This document shows positions 60,055-64,000 of a DNA stretch of 64,000 nucleotides, piece by piece. The position numbers were made by a program, and so were the translations under genes. The DNA comes from a bacterium (GTDB taxonomy: Bacteria > SAR324 > NAC60-12). The stretch spans positions 960,001 to 1,024,000 of the forward strand of contig OZ242383.1 of assembly GCA_965209155.1 (NCBI GenBank), written 5' to 3'. Position 1 is the first letter of the stretch, and each line of letters begins with the position of its first letter. Under the pieces are notes generated by a model that was given only the letters and a program-made list of their open reading frames with translations, did no database searches and had not been told where the DNA came from.

Positions 60055-60395
60055 GTGGTCTCCTTTTTTCTTTTGTTGTAATCTGTCCAATATTTTTTAG
60101 CGTGCTCGATCATCTTATTTTGGGATTTCTTATCACTCCCACAAAGCAACAAAACTAAGGAATCTCCATCCCTTCCATAATAGATACGATACCCTGGACC
60201 AAAATCTAACCTTAACTCACTCACCCCTTCCCCTACGGATTTAGCATCCCCAAAGTTTCCCAGCCTCAAGCGGTTTATACGGGTTCTTATCCTCGCTCTT
60301 GTCGAAGCATCTTTAAGAGAACGTAACCAATTCCTATAAGGGATCTTACTCTTTTCAGTTTGGTACTCCTCAATCGTTATCCTCTCTTCTACCAT
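60051..60395 (-). CDS. Addiction-module killer (RelE/HigB-like)
   Basis: GNFGDAKSVGEGVSELRLDFGPGYRIYY, LLLCGSDK. Confidence 0.92.
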   Translation of the reverse strand: MVEERITIEEYQTEKSKIPYRNWLRSLKDASTRARIRTRINRLRLGNFGDAKSVGEGVSELRLDFGPGYRIYYGRDGDSLVLLLCGSDKKSQNKMIEHAKKYWTDYNKRKKETT

Positions 60396-60637
60396 AATAT
60401 ATATTTTAGCTTAAAAGCTACGAAAAAGATACTACCCCCATAGTAAAATGGAAAATCGTCCTTTGGACGATCCCCCTTCAATCAGTTTAGCCCCCTTTAC
60501 GAAATCAATCAACCTTGACACGAGTGAATTGAGGGGGTCGTTTTTCAATAAAAGAGGTCACCCCCTCTTTGAAGTCGGGTCGTGTGAGACTTTCTGCGAC
60601 CAAGCCTCGCATCGGCGAACCGTCCGAATGAAGCCCT

Positions 60638-61170
60638 TTAACTTGCTGAAACGGCGTCCTCTTGAGTTGTTGCTTGGGGGGTCGGTTCAGGGGAGAGATA
60701 GCTGCTCAACTTCTCTTCCGCTTCCTTTTTAGTTTTGCGAACATTTTCCATCTTGATCTCTTCATAGCCCCGAATGCTGTCCGGTAGCGAGGCGATGACG
60801 AGGGCGCTTTGCAAGTTTTCCGCATTGAGTTTGGGAAGCATTTGGTCGATCAAGTCTTCATACCAAGCCATCAATTTTGCTTCAGTTCGTCGCACTTCGG
60901 GACGTCCAAAGAGATCCAGGGGGGTTCCGCGTAAAAATTTGAAGCGGGCCAACATTTCCATCCAGGGAAAGATCCAGGAACCCAACTTGAGTTTATTCTT
61001 CAGCCCCCATTTTCGCAGGATCGGAGGATGGAGGTGGAGAGAAACCTTCACTTCGCCTTGGTAAGAATTTTTCGCATTTTCCACAGCAGGGTCTTGTATC
61101 CACAGACGAGCGATTTCATACTCATCTTGGTAGGCCATCAATTTGAAAAGCCAGCGGGCGACTGTTTCAT
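60638..61170 (-). pseudogene. Indolepyruvate ferredoxin oxidoreductase family C-terminal fragment
   Basis: KLMAYQDEYEIARL, LHPP, LRGTPLD.FG and LPD.IRGYE.IK; 5' part missing. Confidence 0.8.
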
Positions 61171-61192
61171 TAATTGTGGATTGAGGGCTCGC

Positions 61193-61960
61193 TTACACTA
61201 ATCCAAACCGGATCCCACACACGGTGACCCGATTTCCTTCAATGGAACACCCCTGTTGTTCTGCATGACGCAATACGTATTCTTGGTTGACAACCTTGAG
61301 ATCAATCCCTCCGAGGCCTTCTCCTCTTCCATCGGAGGCTTTCACAAAACGGAGGGTTGCATTTTCAAAAGGGAGGAGCGGTTGTCCCTGATCGTTGGTT
61401 TCCAAGGGGATTTGAGCAATTTCGCTCCAACGCTGGGACAGTTTGAAGGGATCCTCACTTTGTAGTTCAACGGATTGAAAAGCGGATACCACCTCGGTCC
61501 GCTTACTAGGCTTCCAATTGGTTCCTCCTGCCGGCCACCAGGGACCATCGGGTTGCTCAAATCCTTCATTCCAATCGATTTCAAAAATCGCTCCTCCCGT
61601 GTCCTGAGGGTGCATTTGAAAACCTTGGAACCCCTCATAATCCATTTGATGAACCAACCGAATCCCCAGTTTATCCACATGCTGTTGTCGGGGCTGTAGG
61701 TCATCACATTGTGTGATCACCATATAACCCCCGTTTCCCTTTCGGCGTTTGAGATAACGTTCTGCCGCCGTTTGCTCTTGGATTGGAGCCACTACTTCCA
61801 AAAAGGAGTTGCCCACCGGCAAGATCGCGTTTTCTAAACCGAATATACCTACCTCAGGATCCCGGTGCCCTACGGCAAGACCGAAGACAGCCGTCAGGGT
61901 TTCAATCACAGGTTCGAGTTGATAAGCTACTAAACAAATTTGTCTCAGTCGCAGGGACAT
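61193..61960 (-). CDS. VOC/glyoxalase-like domain protein
   Basis: RLRQICLVA, FGLENA, FLEVVAP, GGYMVI.Q and HP.DTGG. Confidence 0.85.
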   Translation of the reverse strand: MSLRLRQICLVAYQLEPVIETLTAVFGLAVGHRDPEVGIFGLENAILPVGNSFLEVVAPIQEQTAAERYLKRRKGNGGYMVITQCDDLQPRQQHVDKLGIRLVHQMDYEGFQGFQMHPQDTGGAIFEIDWNEGFEQPDGPWWPAGGTNWKPSKRTEVVSAFQSVELQSEDPFKLSQRWSEIAQIPLETNDQGQPLLPFENATLRFVKASDGRGEGLGGIDLKVVNQEYVLRHAEQQGCSIEGNRVTVCGIRFGLV

Positions 61961-61976
61961 ATCTTTCCTTTCTTTT

Positions 61977-63116
61977 TCAATAGCCGCCTAAAAGAGCGTA
62001 GCGATTTCTATGGTAGGGCGCATCTCCAAAAAGGTGCTGGGTCACTCGGGCACGTTTCAGAAAAAAGCCCATATCGGCTTCATCGGTCATTCCAATCCCG
62101 CCATGCATTTGGATGGCTTCGTTACTGACATGAAAAAAAGTGTCTGACAGTCGAGCTTTGGTGAGGCTGGCCAGAGCCGGCACCTCCTCAGGTCGTTCGT
62201 CTAAGGCAGAAAGCGCATCCAAGACGGCTGATAGGCTCAATTCGATCTCACAAAACATCCAGGCTGCCCGGTGTTTCAGGGCTTGAAAAGAACCAATAGG
62301 CACATCAAATTGTTTCCTTTCTTTCAAATAAGCGATGGTTCTTCCAAAAACTTCCTGAGTGCTTCCCAACATTTCAGCAGACAGACCGATTCTCCCTCGA
62401 TCCAGGACTTGCTCTAATATCCGATAGCCCTGATCCACTTCGCCAATCACGGCTTCTTCCCCAACTTCGACTCCATTGAAACGGACCATGGCTGAATTTC
62501 TAGAATCTACCATCGCAGTCCGAGTGCGAGTCATCCCTGGTGCGTCTCCTTTGACAAGAAAAAGAGTGATGCCAACGGAATCATTGGCAGCTCCAGAAGT
62601 CCGGGCAGCGACAATCAGATGATCTGCCACATGACCATCCAACACCAAAACTTTTTCTCCCTCGATTTGATACTTTCCTGCGTTTTTTTTTGCAGCGGTG
62701 GTAATACGGGTCGGTGCGTGATGAGCCCCTTCCTCGAAAGCCAGGGCCAGGAGGCAGTTTCCTTCGACAATGGCAGGAAGAAATGCTTCACATTGGGCTT
62801 GATTGCCTCCGAGTTGAAGAGCAGAACATCCCAACAGCACAGTGGACAGCAGCGGAGTTGCCGCTAAGGTACGTCCTGTTTCTTCCAGAATCACTCCCAA
62901 TCCCATGTATCCAAAATCTAACCCACCAAACTGTTCTGGAATCAAAATGCCGGCCCAACCTTGATCTGCCATTTCCTGCCACAGTTCCCGAGAGAAACCG
63001 TGAGGATCTTCCTCATCTCGCAGTTTCCGGAGTTCGGTGATGGGGGCCTTCTTCTGCATGAATTCATTGGCAGTGTTTTTCAGTAATGATTGTTCTTCTG
63101 TGAGGACTAGAGCCAT
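61977..63116 (-). CDS. Acyl-CoA dehydrogenase ACAD2 (small/beta-type subunit)
   Basis: ERKQFDVPIGSFQALKH and IQMHGGIGMT. Confidence 0.93.
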   Translation of the reverse strand: MALVLTEEQSLLKNTANEFMQKKAPITELRKLRDEEDPHGFSRELWQEMADQGWAGILIPEQFGGLDFGYMGLGVILEETGRTLAATPLLSTVLLGCSALQLGGNQAQCEAFLPAIVEGNCLLALAFEEGAHHAPTRITTAAKKNAGKYQIEGEKVLVLDGHVADHLIVAARTSGAANDSVGITLFLVKGDAPGMTRTRTAMVDSRNSAMVRFNGVEVGEEAVIGEVDQGYRILEQVLDRGRIGLSAEMLGSTQEVFGRTIAYLKERKQFDVPIGSFQALKHRAAWMFCEIELSLSAVLDALSALDERPEEVPALASLTKARLSDTFFHVSNEAIQMHGGIGMTDEADMGFFLKRARVTQHLFGDAPYHRNRYALLGGY

Positions 63117-63129
63117 CAGAGACCTTTCT

Positions 63130-64000
63130 TTAATCTGGCAGATTCAGCACGCGCTTGGCGATAATGTTCAGTTGCACTTCGGAGGTTCCGCCTTCAATGG
63201 AATTGGCTCTTGAGCGTAGCCATTCTCGGGTGATGCCCAATTCTTTCCTGGAAAAACCATCTCCGCTCCAACCCAGGCTTTGGGCTCCTAAACTGGAGAT
63301 GAGAATTTCATAACGCCTTTTGTTATGCTCCGTCCCATAAAGCTTCAACATGGCAGAAGCGGCTCCCGGCCCTTTCCCGGATTGGAGTTCCACCGTCGTC
63401 CGCTCCAGAGTCAGTTGGAAAGCCCGGGTATTCATATTGTGCTGAGCAATGCGATCTCGTAGCAGTGGATCCGAAATTTGTCCGTCTTGTTCCCCAAGAT
63501 ACTCTTTCGCTAATCCTTCCAGGGAATAGGTGACCCGCTCATTCCACATATCCGAAATCATGGCCCGTTCATGCTCCAACAATCTTTTGGCAATGCTCCA
63601 GCCCCCGTTCAGTTGGCCAACCAGGTTTCGCTTGGGAACTTTCAAATCGTCAAAAAACACTTCGCAAAATGGGGAGCTGCCGCTGATCAATTTGATGGGG
63701 CGGACTTCGACGCCAGGGTCATCCATATCAAAGAGCAGAAAACTAATTCCGCTTTGTTTTTTGGCATTCGGATCGGTACGGACCAGGCAAAAAATCCAAT
63801 CGGCATCTTTGGCATAAGAGGTCCAAATTTTTTGCCCGTTGACGAGGTAGTGATCCCCCATATCCTCTGCTTTGGTTTGCAATCCTGCTAAATCTGACCC
63901 GGCTCCCGGTTCGCTATAGCCTTGACACCAGCGGATTTCACCTCGTGTCATTTTCGGAAGGTGCTCCATTTTCTGCTGCTCATCCGCAAATTCCAGCATC
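63130..64000 (-). CDS. Acyl-CoA dehydrogenase ACAD1 (continues beyond the window)
   Basis: WCQGYSEPGAGSDLA, NGQKIWTS and SIEGGTSEVQLNIIA. Confidence 0.93.
   Translation of the reverse strand, partial: MLEFADEQQKMEHLPKMTRGEIRWCQGYSEPGAGSDLAGLQTKAEDMGDHYLVNGQKIWTSYAKDADWIFCLVRTDPNAKKQSGISFLLFDMDDPGVEVRPIKLISGSSPFCEVFFDDLKVPKRNLVGQLNGGWSIAKRLLEHERAMISDMWNERVTYSLEGLAKEYLGEQDGQISDPLLRDRIAQHNMNTRAFQLTLERTTVELQSGKGPGAASAMLKLYGTEHNKRRYEILISSLGAQSLGWSGDGFSRKELGITREWLRSRANSIEGGTSEVQLNIIAKRVLNLPD

Noticed and set aside
35349..60400. A true integron array or prophage as the explanation for the whole mosaic
   Set aside because: No integrase, no phage structural genes and no repeated attC; junctions fall inside genes.
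35349..60400. Simple assembly duplication as the sole explanation
   Set aside because: Copies differ by substitutions, share nested deletions and show no inversions; disfavoured but not excluded without reads.
1..64000. tRNA or rRNA genes
   Set aside because: None recognised by eye; a tRNAscan/Infernal run would be needed to exclude them.

Overview
A 64-kb window from a Gram-negative bacterium (lpxK, mltA, ispH and def are present; a deltaproteobacterial/SAR324-like host is only a weak inference). It has three zones. (1) 1-27 kb is an accessory transport island, almost all on the minus strand: three intact family-5 peptide/nickel ABC modules lacking ATPases, an SDR-ThuA-BNR trio, IS200 and IS110 remnants, an MFS permease, and a giant regulator (IS1595 zinc ribbon/HTH + pseudokinase + STAND ATPase + GAF + sigma54 activator) split by a frameshift in a C9 tract. 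(2) 27-35.3 kb is intact, mostly housekeeping DNA: OMP, mltA, a PhzE-like chorismate enzyme, DUF192, def, lpxK, ispH and a Ham1/RdgB gene. (3) 35.3-64 kb is a patchwork in which one catabolic operon (amidase, SDR2, Gfo/Idh/MocA, SDR1, cupin, HpcH aldolase, two acyl-CoA dehydrogenases) appears as five co-oriented, slightly diverged copies. Each copy is collapsed by different deletions, often at short microhomologies, so most genes survive intact only once. About eight toxin-antitoxin modules, a two-repeat CRISPR-like unit, an integron-cassette-like GNAT gene, a CTAG-targeting MITE and a second SDR-ThuA-BNR trio are interleaved. No rRNA, tRNA, cas or integrase genes were recognised. Some homopolymer frameshifts may be sequencing errors, and the mosaic needs read-level validation.
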